A stretch of DNA of 25,839 bases, taken from the IMG/VR virus record IMGVR_UViG_3300020042_002992, positions 1 through 25,839 of that record. The stretch is one strand, 5' to 3'. This document shows positions 7,126 to 15,020 of the stretch, in pieces (within the stretch, counting starts at the first letter, position 1; every line of letters starts with the position of its first letter). Position numbers and translations under genes: made by a program. The notes under the pieces are model-generated. The model saw only the letters and a program-made list of their open reading frames with translations. It was not told the origin of the DNA and did no database searches. The stretch is from a virus. Its lineage: Duplodnaviria > Caudoviricetes.

Positions 7126-7309
7126 TGAAATTGATTATGATTATGATTATGATGTACCTGATATGAACCCTTCAGAAGATGAAGCATACTTCTATCATAC
7201 TCTTGGAGACTTTGAGAGTTATGTTAAAGACTTAGGTGCTAAGTATGTTTTAACAGAGATGAATGAGGATGTTAGAAAGCTTTTAGAAGAAGCGTTTAAA
7301 CAATGCTAA
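7118..7309 (+). CDS. 63-aa acidic hypothetical protein, between the polymerase halves
   Basis: SD GAGGAG before ATG 7118 (track start TTG 7103 is less likely); DEIDYDYDYD encoded by a GATTAT x3 repeat. Confidence 0.75.
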   Translation: MGDEIDYDYDYDVPDMNPSEDEAYFYHTLGDFESYVKDLGAKYVLTEMNEDVRKLLEEAFKQC

Positions 7310-8022
7310 TTCAGGGCGATGCCTCTGCTCTTGAGTGGAGATGTGCTGCATTTTTAAGTAAGGATAAAGTAGCCTATGAAGAGATATGGAATGATGTCGA
7401 TCAGCATACTGATAATCAGAATCGCTTTGGTTTGCCTAGTCGTCTTATTGCTAAGACATTTGTATTCAGACTTATTTATGGAGGAAGTGCTTACTCCTAC
7501 GCTAATGATCCAAACTTCGCTGAGGTAAGTAAGAGTGAGAAGTTTTGGCAAGGAATTATTGATGAGTTTTATAACAAATATAAAGGACTTCATAAGTGGC
7601 ATATTAAACTTATGCAAGAAGCTACAACGACTAAGATGGTTAAACTTCCTACTGGTAGAATCTATCAGTTTGAACCTGAATTAAGACGAGGGGAGAAGGT
7701 TTTCCCTCGCACCACAATTCTTAACTATCCTGTTCAAGGACTTGGTGCAGACTTAATGACACTAGCAAGAGTATCTTTATATAACCGAATGAGGAAATTA
7801 AACTATGAAAAGGCGAGACTTGTTAATACAGTTCATGATTCCATTATCATTGATTGTGATAGTGGTTTTACTGATACTTTAGCTAAGACAATGTTAGATG
7901 TATTTGAAGATGTTCCTAAGAACTTTCAGAAGATGTTTGGGACTGAATTTGACCTCCCAATGAAGGCAGAAGTACAGGTTGGAAATAATTGGAAAGATAT
8001 GGAAATTTGGGTTGACAAGTAG
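7303..8022 (+). CDS. polA: family A DNA polymerase, C-terminal catalytic part (motifs A, B, C)
   Basis: Motif A LIQGDASALEWR, motif B RLIAKTFVFRLIYG, NYPVQG, motif C VNTVHDSII. Confidence 0.93.
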   Translation: MLIQGDASALEWRCAAFLSKDKVAYEEIWNDVDQHTDNQNRFGLPSRLIAKTFVFRLIYGGSAYSYANDPNFAEVSKSEKFWQGIIDEFYNKYKGLHKWHIKLMQEATTTKMVKLPTGRIYQFEPELRRGEKVFPRTTILNYPVQGLGADLMTLARVSLYNRMRKLNYEKARLVNTVHDSIIIDCDSGFTDTLAKTMLDVFEDVPKNFQKMFGTEFDLPMKAEVQVGNNWKDMEIWVDK

Positions 8023-8039
8023 TATGGATATGGTATAAT
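8012..8039 (+). promoter_or_regulatory. sigma70-type promoter upstream of the putative SSB operon
   Basis: TTGACA (8012-8017), 16 bp, TG-G-TATAAT (8031-8039); short hairpin TAGTCT/AGACTA near +1. Confidence 0.8.
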
Positions 8040-8082
8040 ATATGTATAGTCTTAGTAAAAGACTAATTTTAAAGGAGTATTT

Positions 8083-8577
8083 ATGATTATAGAAATTATT
8101 GATGTAGGTTCACCTGAGTCAGTGAAGACTGGTAAAGGACAATATCAGACATTACAAGTTAGTTTCAAGAATGAACAAGGGCAAGTGCAAGGTAAGAAGC
8201 TTATGTCATTCAGCAATCCTACAGTGTTTAAAGACATTCAAGGGTATGCTAAAGGTGATCGTTTAGATGTCCTTACTGTTAAAGAAGGTGATTACTGGCA
8301 GTGGAAGTCTATTGACAAAGAAGGTGAAGCTCCTCCAAGAGCAGAAGCCCCTAAATCAACTGGTGGCGGTGGTAAGGTCATTGGTAGCAACTATGAGACA
8401 GCAGAAGAAAGAGCTAGACGACAAGTGTATATCATTCGTCAATCTTCTCTTGGCACTGCGGTGGAATTGTTAGGTCAAGGTGCATCAGTAAATGATGTAG
8501 TAAAGACTGCTAAACAGTTCGAGGCTTATGTCTTCTCTAAAGAAGCTGAACTAGCAACGGAAGAGTCTCCAGCATAA
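8083..8577 (+). CDS. putative single-stranded DNA-binding / recombination protein
   Basis: Own promoter and strong SD AAGGAG; beta-rich aromatic N-domain, Gly/Pro linker, acidic tail; located between pol and exonuclease. Function is inferred from context. Confidence 0.45.
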   Translation: MIIEIIDVGSPESVKTGKGQYQTLQVSFKNEQGQVQGKKLMSFSNPTVFKDIQGYAKGDRLDVLTVKEGDYWQWKSIDKEGEAPPRAEAPKSTGGGGKVIGSNYETAEERARRQVYIIRQSSLGTAVELLGQGASVNDVVKTAKQFEAYVFSKEAELATEESPA

Positions 8578-9254
8578 TGGAAGCTTTGATGGATGGCGAT
8601 ATTTACGCATTTAGAGTAGCTTGTACTACCGAGAATGATAACGAAGCTATCGCTGTCTATCGTGTCAATGAGATGATTGAGAATACTTTAGCTGAGGTGG
8701 AAGCATCTGAGTATAAATTATTCTTGACATCTCCTGACAATTTCAGGAAGCACATTTATCCTGAATACAAGGCTAATCGTACTGCAACCAAACCTAAGCA
8801 CCTACAATTCCTTCGAGACTATCTAGTAGAGAGTTGGCAAGGAACAGTTGCTGAGAAGATGGAAGCAGACGATTATCTTGGTATCAATCAAAATGAATCT
8901 AGCATCATCTGTTCTATAGATAAAGACTTGTTGCAAGTGCCTGGAAAGCACTACAACTTTGTTAAAAAAGAATTCTATGAAGTAGATGAAGAAACTGGAT
9001 TTAGAAACTTCTACACACAACTTCTCACAGGTGATACTTCTGATAACATAAAAGGTATAGCAGGTATTGGACCAGTTAAGGCTAAGAAAGCTTTAGCTGA
9101 TTCTTTCACTGAGCAAGAAATGTTTTCTGTAGTTAGAGATATGTATAAGAATGATGAATGGATGATAATGAATGGAAGATGTTTACACATCCTCAGATCA
9201 TTAGATGATGATTGGACAAATCATTTTGAAAGGTTAGCACTTGGCGACAAATAA
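8577..9254 (+). CDS. 5'-3' exonuclease / flap endonuclease (T7 gp6, T5 D15 family)
   Basis: DGD, YKANR, EADD, SIDKDL, GDTSDNIKGIAGIGPVKA (H3TH motif). Confidence 0.93.
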   Translation: MEALMDGDIYAFRVACTTENDNEAIAVYRVNEMIENTLAEVEASEYKLFLTSPDNFRKHIYPEYKANRTATKPKHLQFLRDYLVESWQGTVAEKMEADDYLGINQNESSIICSIDKDLLQVPGKHYNFVKKEFYEVDEETGFRNFYTQLLTGDTSDNIKGIAGIGPVKAKKALADSFTEQEMFSVVRDMYKNDEWMIMNGRCLHILRSLDDDWTNHFERLALGDK

Positions 9255-9621
9255 GGAATGGACTGAAGGTCGCTTAAAATCATTTATAACTTCTACCCTA
9301 AGAGGTGGATTTAGAAGGTACCCCCCAAAATATGAATCTCTTAAAGAAGCTCAAGTTGGTAAGAAAATTAACAACAAATCTCAACGCTTGGCTATGCACT
9401 ATGAATGTGGTAAATGCAAAGGGCATTTCCCTGCTAAGGAGGTTCAAGTGGATCACATACTTCCTGTGGTCTGCCCTAAGAAAGGATTCGAGTCGTGGGA
9501 TATATTTATTGCACGGCTCTTTTGTTCATCGGATAATCTACAAGTACTCTGCAAAGGTTGTCATGACATCAAAACAAAAGACGAAAGGGTAAAGCGTGTT
9601 AGTAAAAGGACTAAAACCTGA
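9241..9621 (+). CDS. HNH endonuclease (Zn-binding)
   Basis: CGKC...VQVDHILPV...NLQVLCKGCH. Confidence 0.88.
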   Translation: MATNKEWTEGRLKSFITSTLRGGFRRYPPKYESLKEAQVGKKINNKSQRLAMHYECGKCKGHFPAKEVQVDHILPVVCPKKGFESWDIFIARLFCSSDNLQVLCKGCHDIKTKDERVKRVSKRTKT

Positions 9622-9787
9622 TGGCTCTTTTGAGAGTGTAGAAATAGACGAACAAGAAGAAGAAATATTATTAAAGATTGTATCAAGATATATAACTAAC
9701 AACTGTGTACTAGAACAAACGGAAGATGGTCATGAGATTCATTTGCACTACCTTCCTGATTGGATATTTGAAGGGAAAATGCAATGA
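9596..9787 (+). CDS. hypothetical protein (63 aa)
   Basis: Track ORF tiling between neighbours; ATGA overlap with the next ORF. Confidence 0.6.
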   Translation: MLVKGLKPDGSFESVEIDEQEEEILLKIVSRYITNNCVLEQTEDGHEIHLHYLPDWIFEGKMQ

Positions 9788-10056
9788 GTAAAAATGACAT
9801 AACAGGTGATTCAATTAGAAGTAAACCATTATCTAAAGAAGCAGAAGATAACTGGGATCGTATCTTTAAAAAACAAGGCATTACTTTAACTGAAGAAGAG
9901 TTAGCTGATGTTGAAATTATTGCAGATATTGTACAACATCATCATGATAAGAAATTAGATTATGAATATGAGTTAAATAAAAGTACAGGTGATGTAGAGA
10001 AAAGATTTAAAGATGGTGTATCTAAACCTAATGGAGAACAGTTTAATGACGAGTAA
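9784..10056 (+). CDS. hypothetical protein (90 aa)
   Basis: Track ORF; N-terminal NDITGDSI...NWDRIF. Confidence 0.75.
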   Translation: MSKNDITGDSIRSKPLSKEAEDNWDRIFKKQGITLTEEELADVEIIADIVQHHHDKKLDYEYELNKSTGDVEKRFKDGVSKPNGEQFNDE

Positions 10057-10798
10057 AATACTGCTACTAGATATTGAAACCAGTCCTAATACAGCTCATG
10101 TATGGGGTATATGGGATCAGAACATTGGGTTAAACCAATTACTTGAATCCTCTTATACTTTATGCTATGCTGCTAAATGGCTAGGTAAGAAAGAAGTTAT
10201 ATTTGACTCTGTGAATAAGTCGTCACAAAAGAAGATGCTACAAGGTATTCATAAACTTCTAGACGAGGCTGATGCAGTCATTCACTACAATGGTGCTAGG
10301 TTTGACATACCAACACTTAACAAAGATTTCATTCTTAATGGATTAACACCTCCTGCTCCGTTTAAACAGATTGACTTGCTACAAGTTGCTAAGAGACAAT
10401 TTAGATTTGTTTCTAATAAACTTGACTATGTTTCTCAAGCACTAGGACTTGGTAAGAAAACTGCACATGAAGGACATGAGCTTTGGATTAAATGTATGAA
10501 CAAAGACCCACAAGCTTGGAAGACTATGGAGAAGTATAATAAGAATGATGTAATCCTCTTAGAGAATGTCTATCAACGCTTTAAGCCTTGGATTAAGAAT
10601 CACTTGAATTTATCTGTCTTATCTGAAGATGGTTTAGTCTGCCCTAATTGTGGTGGAAAACATCATCAGAAGAGAGGGTATGCAGTCACTGCTAGTGCTA
10701 AATATCAACGCTTCCAATGTCAAGGATGTGGTAATTGGTTTAGAGGTACTAAGAGTATTAGTCATAAAACAGGAGAGAAATATGTCAACATCACTTAG
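10046..10798 (+). CDS. RNase H-fold DEDD 3'-5' exonuclease with C-terminal zinc ribbon
   Basis: LLDIETSP, HYNGARFD, YNKND; CPNCG...CQGCG. ATG 10046 after SD GGAG is preferred over 10013. Confidence 0.85.
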   Translation: MTSKILLLDIETSPNTAHVWGIWDQNIGLNQLLESSYTLCYAAKWLGKKEVIFDSVNKSSQKKMLQGIHKLLDEADAVIHYNGARFDIPTLNKDFILNGLTPPAPFKQIDLLQVAKRQFRFVSNKLDYVSQALGLGKKTAHEGHELWIKCMNKDPQAWKTMEKYNKNDVILLENVYQRFKPWIKNHLNLSVLSEDGLVCPNCGGKHHQKRGYAVTASAKYQRFQCQGCGNWFRGTKSISHKTGEKYVNIT

Positions 10799-10988
10799 TA
10801 AACAAATTGGAGGGGATCATTATAAGAAATTTACTATACAACCTATCGAGTTTATAACTAAAAACAATATCCCTTTTATAGAGGGAAACATAATTAAGTA
10901 CATTTGCAGATGGAAAGACAAGGGTGGTAAAGCTGACCTAGATAAAGTCATTCACTATGTAGAGTTGCTAAAAGAATTGAAAACATGA
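10782..10988 (+). CDS. DUF3310 family protein (T7 gp1.7 nucleotide kinase-like)
   Basis: QIGGDHY...IQPIEFI...GNIIKYICRWKDKGG..DLDK..HY; SD AGGAG before ATG 10782. Confidence 0.85.
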   Translation: MSTSLSKQIGGDHYKKFTIQPIEFITKNNIPFIEGNIIKYICRWKDKGGKADLDKVIHYVELLKELKT

Positions 10989-11164
10989 TAACATTAACAG
11001 AATTACAAGAAAAGATTATTGAACAAGTTTCAGAGGTAGATTTAATTGATCTTCTCGGACTTACTACTGAGGATTTAGTCTATGCTTTCCAAGACAAAAT
11101 TGAAGATAAGTACGACAAGTTGGTCAATGAACTGGAACTTGGAGATAGTTCTTCCTCCGATTAA
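10985..11164 (+). CDS. acidic hypothetical protein (59 aa, MITLTELQEKIIEQVSEVDLIDLLGLTTEDLV...)
   Basis: Hand translation; ATGA overlap with the DUF3310 stop. Confidence 0.75.
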   Translation: MITLTELQEKIIEQVSEVDLIDLLGLTTEDLVYAFQDKIEDKYDKLVNELELGDSSSSD

Positions 11165-11195
11165 TTTATATAACTACGCTATAAGAAAGAAACCA

Positions 11196-13046
11196 ATGGA
11201 TAAAAGTCAAAAGATATTAAGTGACATAACCATATTTAATAAATATGCTAAATATGTCCCTGAAGCACAAAGAAGGGAAACTTGGGAAGAGTTAGTCAGT
11301 CGCAACATGGTAATGCACATGAAGAAATACCCACAACTGAAAGAGGAAATTAAAGATGTTTACAAATATGTTTACAATCGTCAAGTATTGCCTTCAATGC
11401 GTAGCCTTCAATTTGGAGGTACTCCTATTGAACTTAGCAATAATCGTATGTTCAATTGTGCTTATTCCCCTGTCGATCATCCTGCCGTTTTCAGCGAGAC
11501 CATGTTTAACTTACTTGGCGGAAGTGGCGTGGGCTTCAGCGTTCAACGCAGACACACAGATAGACTCCCTACTATCCTTGGTCCATCCGCTAAACAACGA
11601 CGATTCTTGGTAGGAGATTCTATTGAGGGTTGGGCTGATTCTATTAAAGTATTAATTAAGTCTTATACTCTTGGTAAATCTGACCCAGTATTTGACTTTA
11701 GAGATATTAGACCTAAAGGTGCTAGACTTATTACCTCAGGTGGTAAAGCTCCAGGTCCTGATCCATTACGAATCTGTTTAGATAAGCTACGCAGTGTTCT
11801 TAACAATGCTGTTGGTCGTAAGCTAGAACCTATTGAAGTACATGACATGATCTGCCATATTGCTGATGCTGTTCTATCAGGTGGTATTCGTAGAGCTGCC
11901 TTAATCTCTTTATTCGATAAAGATGATATGGATATGATGTCAGCTAAGACTGGTACATGGTATGAACTCAACCCACAACGAGGTAGAGCTAATAATTCAG
12001 TAGCTTTAAATCGTGAAGAGATCACAGAAGAAGAATGGTTCTCTATTTGGAAACGAGTAGAACAATCAGGTGCAGGTGAACCTGGAGTGTTTTGGACTAA
12101 TAACTATGATGTGGGTACTAACCCATGTGCTGAAATTAGTTTAAGACCTAATTCCTATTGTAACTTAGTTGAGGTTAATGTATCAGATGTAACTACACAA
12201 GAGGAACTTAATGCTCGTGTTAAAGCTGCTACATTCATTGGTACACTACAAGCTGGATACACTGACTTCCATTATCTAAGAAGTGTATGGAAAGAAACTT
12301 CAGAAGAAGATGCACTACTAGGTGTTTCTATGACTGGTATTGCTTCAGGTGGTGTTCTTAAACTTAACTTAGCTGAGGCTGCAAATGTTACTAAAGAAGA
12401 AAATAAACGAGTGGCTAACATCATTGGCATCAATGAGTCAGCTAGAATTACTACAGTTAAGCCTGCTGGCACTACTTCTCTTGTACTTGGTAGCAGTAGT
12501 GGTATTCATGCTTGGCATAATGACTATTATGTTCGTAGAATGCGTGTAGGTAAGAATGAACCATTATATAGATATATGACATCAACAGTACCTAGTCTAA
12601 TAGAAGACTGTGTATGGAAGCCCCACTTAGAAGCTGTTATGAGTTTCCCTCAAAAAGCTCCTGAAGGTTCTATCCTTCGCACTGAAAGCTATAAAGACAT
12701 CTTAGAAAGAGTTAAACGCTTTAATATAGAGTGGGTAGCTAATGGTAATAATAGAGGTGATAATAAGCATAATGTATCATGCACTATCTCTCTAAAGAAT
12801 GATGAGTGGGCTGAATGTGGTAAGTGGATGTGGGAGAATCGTTATAACTATACTGGTATCTCTGTACTACCTTACGATGGAGGCACTTATGTTCAAGCCC
12901 CATTTGAAGACTGTACTAAAGAAACCTTCGAGGAAATGTTTAAACATCTTCAAGAAATAGACTTAACGAAAGTAATTGAAACTGACGACCATACGGAAGC
13001 TAAAGATAATTTGGCTTGCAGTGGCGGAACTTGTGAGGTTAATTAA
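11196..13046 (+). CDS. nrdJ: class II adenosylcobalamin-dependent ribonucleotide reductase (monomeric RTPR-like), 616 aa
   Basis: MFNC, GGSGVG, GGIRRAA, TNPCAEI, CNL, TTVKPAGTTS, C-terminal CSGGTC; no nrdB small subunit nearby; start moved to ATG 11196. Confidence 0.88.
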   Translation: MDKSQKILSDITIFNKYAKYVPEAQRRETWEELVSRNMVMHMKKYPQLKEEIKDVYKYVYNRQVLPSMRSLQFGGTPIELSNNRMFNCAYSPVDHPAVFSETMFNLLGGSGVGFSVQRRHTDRLPTILGPSAKQRRFLVGDSIEGWADSIKVLIKSYTLGKSDPVFDFRDIRPKGARLITSGGKAPGPDPLRICLDKLRSVLNNAVGRKLEPIEVHDMICHIADAVLSGGIRRAALISLFDKDDMDMMSAKTGTWYELNPQRGRANNSVALNREEITEEEWFSIWKRVEQSGAGEPGVFWTNNYDVGTNPCAEISLRPNSYCNLVEVNVSDVTTQEELNARVKAATFIGTLQAGYTDFHYLRSVWKETSEEDALLGVSMTGIASGGVLKLNLAEAANVTKEENKRVANIIGINESARITTVKPAGTTSLVLGSSSGIHAWHNDYYVRRMRVGKNEPLYRYMTSTVPSLIEDCVWKPHLEAVMSFPQKAPEGSILRTESYKDILERVKRFNIEWVANGNNRGDNKHNVSCTISLKNDEWAECGKWMWENRYNYTGISVLPYDGGTYVQAPFEDCTKETFEEMFKHLQEIDLTKVIETDDHTEAKDNLACSGGTCEVN

Positions 13047-13201
13047 TGTTTTATTTTGGATCAGAACTAATCAGTGGTGTTAATTTAGGTATTGAACACA
13101 TGAGTTATAGACAGATTGGTAGGAAAGGTAAAGGTTGGATTTTACTGCTTGATCTTCTAATCATTCGATTTATGATTGAATGGGATGAAGAAGGTGAATA
13201 A
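13046..13201 (+). CDS. hypothetical protein (51 aa, MFYFGSELISGVNLGIEHM...)
   Basis: Hand translation; TAATG overlap with the RNR stop; ends just before the terminator. Confidence 0.65.
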   Translation: MFYFGSELISGVNLGIEHMSYRQIGRKGKGWILLLDLLIIRFMIEWDEEGE

Positions 13202-13204
13202 AAC

Positions 13205-13229
13205 AAAGGGGCTTAATTGCCCCTTTTTT
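13205..13229. terminator. bidirectional rho-independent terminator between the convergent arms
   Basis: AAAGGGGC-TTAATT-GCCCCTTT hairpin, with a T-run on + and an A-rich run upstream (U-tract on -). Confidence 0.9.
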
Positions 13230-13230
13230 A

Positions 13231-15018
13231 TTACATAGGCATTACTCTAGCTGCTTCTGCACCTAACAGACCTAATATAGAATCTTTTAGAACTACTGCT
13301 CCTACAGTACCTAACTTAGTACCAGTAGATTTATACTCAGCAATACTTCTTTTAATCTTTGTTAAGTCTTCCATAGGGAGTACTTTAGATTTACGCATTA
13401 CTGGCTCAAGGCGATTAAACTCATTTACTAAATCTTTCTCAGGAATAACTTTAAGATAAGTACTTAATGACTTTCTAAAATCTTCTACACCAGCTTTACT
13501 CTTAGATAGATTTGTAAGAGCTTGGTCTATGTCATCACCTTTAAAACCTTTTTGTATTAATACTGGAAGACTATCTCTAGCTTGAGCTACATATTTATCT
13601 TCCTCAACTTTTTTAAGAATACCATATAAAGGCTTTCCAGTAGTTGATGTAAAGTAGTCATCCATAGCACTTGTAAGAAGTTTTTGAGCTGTCTTATCTA
13701 AGTTATATACTTTATAACCAGTAGTCTCACTTTGTTGAGCTAGATTAAGTAAAGTAGTTTTAAACTTATCAGCATTTAATGGTGATTTTTGACTACCAAT
13801 AACTTTAGTAATAATCTTTAATTCTTGTGGATCAACAAGACCATCTCTAATACTTTGAGCTAAATCAGCCTGTAGTTTTTGATATTGTGGGCTATCAGAG
13901 AAAGCTTTTCCTTGCTTAAATAAATCGTCAATGTTTGTCTTAACAAAGTTACGAACAGCATTGTCAGCATTTTCTGCTTGAGTAAAAGGAATATTATTTT
14001 GAGCTAAGAATCTTCTTTGAGCTTCTTCATTGCCTCTAGTAAATACATCTGTAGAAGTACCAGGTTTAACTCTTTTAGCAAAAGCTGCGTCAGTTCTACC
14101 AAGTTTAGTTTCTTTCAATATAAACTCAGACTCAGTTTCTCCACCAAGTAAAGACTTTAATGGTCTACCAATGTATTTAGTAAGAACATCTCCTGGAAAC
14201 AGATTAGTAATAGCTGTAGGAAGTCTTCCAATGAGTTCTCTAGTAATGGTTGGTGCAGCTCCTGCTGCTAATTCAATACCCATAGCTGTAACATCATTCT
14301 CAAAATTCTCAGGTCTTCCAGCTTTATAGTATTCACCAGCAAGAGAAGATGTTGCTCCTGATGCTGCTCCACCTAAAGCTCGTTTACCTAATTCTAAACC
14401 AACTTTTCCTACTCTATATGGACCACCAATAGCAGGAATTAAGCTTAAACCAGCACCAATAGCAGAACCGATTCCAATATTTTGAGGATTAAACTCATAG
14501 TAATTTTGTGGGTTTTCTACAGCAGATTGAACTGTTCCTGTTGGAGCTTCTAAAGAAGGTTCTTCTGTTTGTGGAGTAGCTTCTGTAGGAGTTACATTAA
14601 CTGTAGGTGTATATAAATCACCTAATCTAGTAACATAGTCAATAGTTTCACTAGGAAGGATTGATGGGTCTTTAGATGATAAGAATCTATCCGCTACTCC
14701 TGGGCCTGCGTTATAAGCAATTCCAGTTAAGTAAGGATCTTTATATTTATCAAAGTTTTGTTTAATGTAAGACACACCACCTTTAATGTTGTCATCAACA
14801 TTGTTAGGGTCAACATTTAAGTCTTTAGCAGTGCCAGGCATAAGTTGCATAACACCAATAGCCCCTTTAGGTGACTTTGCAGAAGCTTTAAAGCCACTTT
14901 CAATGTTAGCCATACTTAATGCTAAGTTTTCATCAACACCTTGCTTTTGAGCTTCTAATACTACTTTCTCAGCTATGTCAAGTTGTTCTTGAGATAATTT
15001 AGACCAATCAATATTCAT
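13231..15018 (-). CDS. internal virion (ejection) protein with N-terminal lytic transglycosylase (SLT) domain
   Basis: IESGF...SPKGAIGVMQLMPGTA...AYNAGPG...ETIDYV; last gene of the virion arm, T7 gp16-like role. Confidence 0.85.
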   Translation of the reverse strand: MNIDWSKLSQEQLDIAEKVVLEAQKQGVDENLALSMANIESGFKASAKSPKGAIGVMQLMPGTAKDLNVDPNNVDDNIKGGVSYIKQNFDKYKDPYLTGIAYNAGPGVADRFLSSKDPSILPSETIDYVTRLGDLYTPTVNVTPTEATPQTEEPSLEAPTGTVQSAVENPQNYYEFNPQNIGIGSAIGAGLSLIPAIGGPYRVGKVGLELGKRALGGAASGATSSLAGEYYKAGRPENFENDVTAMGIELAAGAAPTITRELIGRLPTAITNLFPGDVLTKYIGRPLKSLLGGETESEFILKETKLGRTDAAFAKRVKPGTSTDVFTRGNEEAQRRFLAQNNIPFTQAENADNAVRNFVKTNIDDLFKQGKAFSDSPQYQKLQADLAQSIRDGLVDPQELKIITKVIGSQKSPLNADKFKTTLLNLAQQSETTGYKVYNLDKTAQKLLTSAMDDYFTSTTGKPLYGILKKVEEDKYVAQARDSLPVLIQKGFKGDDIDQALTNLSKSKAGVEDFRKSLSTYLKVIPEKDLVNEFNRLEPVMRKSKVLPMEDLTKIKRSIAEYKSTGTKLGTVGAVVLKDSILGLLGAEAARVMPM

Positions 15019-15020
15019 GG

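Noticed and set aside
7133-7153. GATTAT tandem repeat as a contingency locus or CRISPR-like array
   Set aside because: Only 3.5 in-frame hexamer units encoding DYDYDYD; no spacers and no frameshifting potential.
6886-7302. Group I intron, intein or ribosomal bypass explaining the polymerase gap
   Set aside because: The gap is filled by two SD-led ORFs with no nuclease motifs. I see no structured intron core, no intein Cys/His-Asn termini and no matched take-off/landing codons, and an in-frame stop lies just upstream of the C-half. Not formally excluded without RT-PCR.
5725-8022. Polymerase pseudogene
   Set aside because: All exonuclease and polymerase catalytic motifs are intact, and the break falls at a domain turn with proper starts and stops.
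10650-10781. N-terminal extension of the DUF3310 ORF
   Set aside because: It lies inside the exonuclease gene; the SD and family motif support ATG 10782.
11082-11195. 38-aa N-terminal extension of the RNR in the ORF track
   Set aside because: It overlaps a better 59-aa ORF (10985-11164) in another frame, and RNR-like sequence begins at ATG 11196.
2543-12472. Antisense and alternate-frame ORFs within + arm genes (e.g. 2543, 4099, 4674, 4691, 5457, 5762, 5836, 6338, 6599, 7354, 8267, 8823, 9305, 9696, 11356, 11663, 12272)
   Set aside because: Nested in well-supported genes with no recognisable motifs; typical shadow ORFs.
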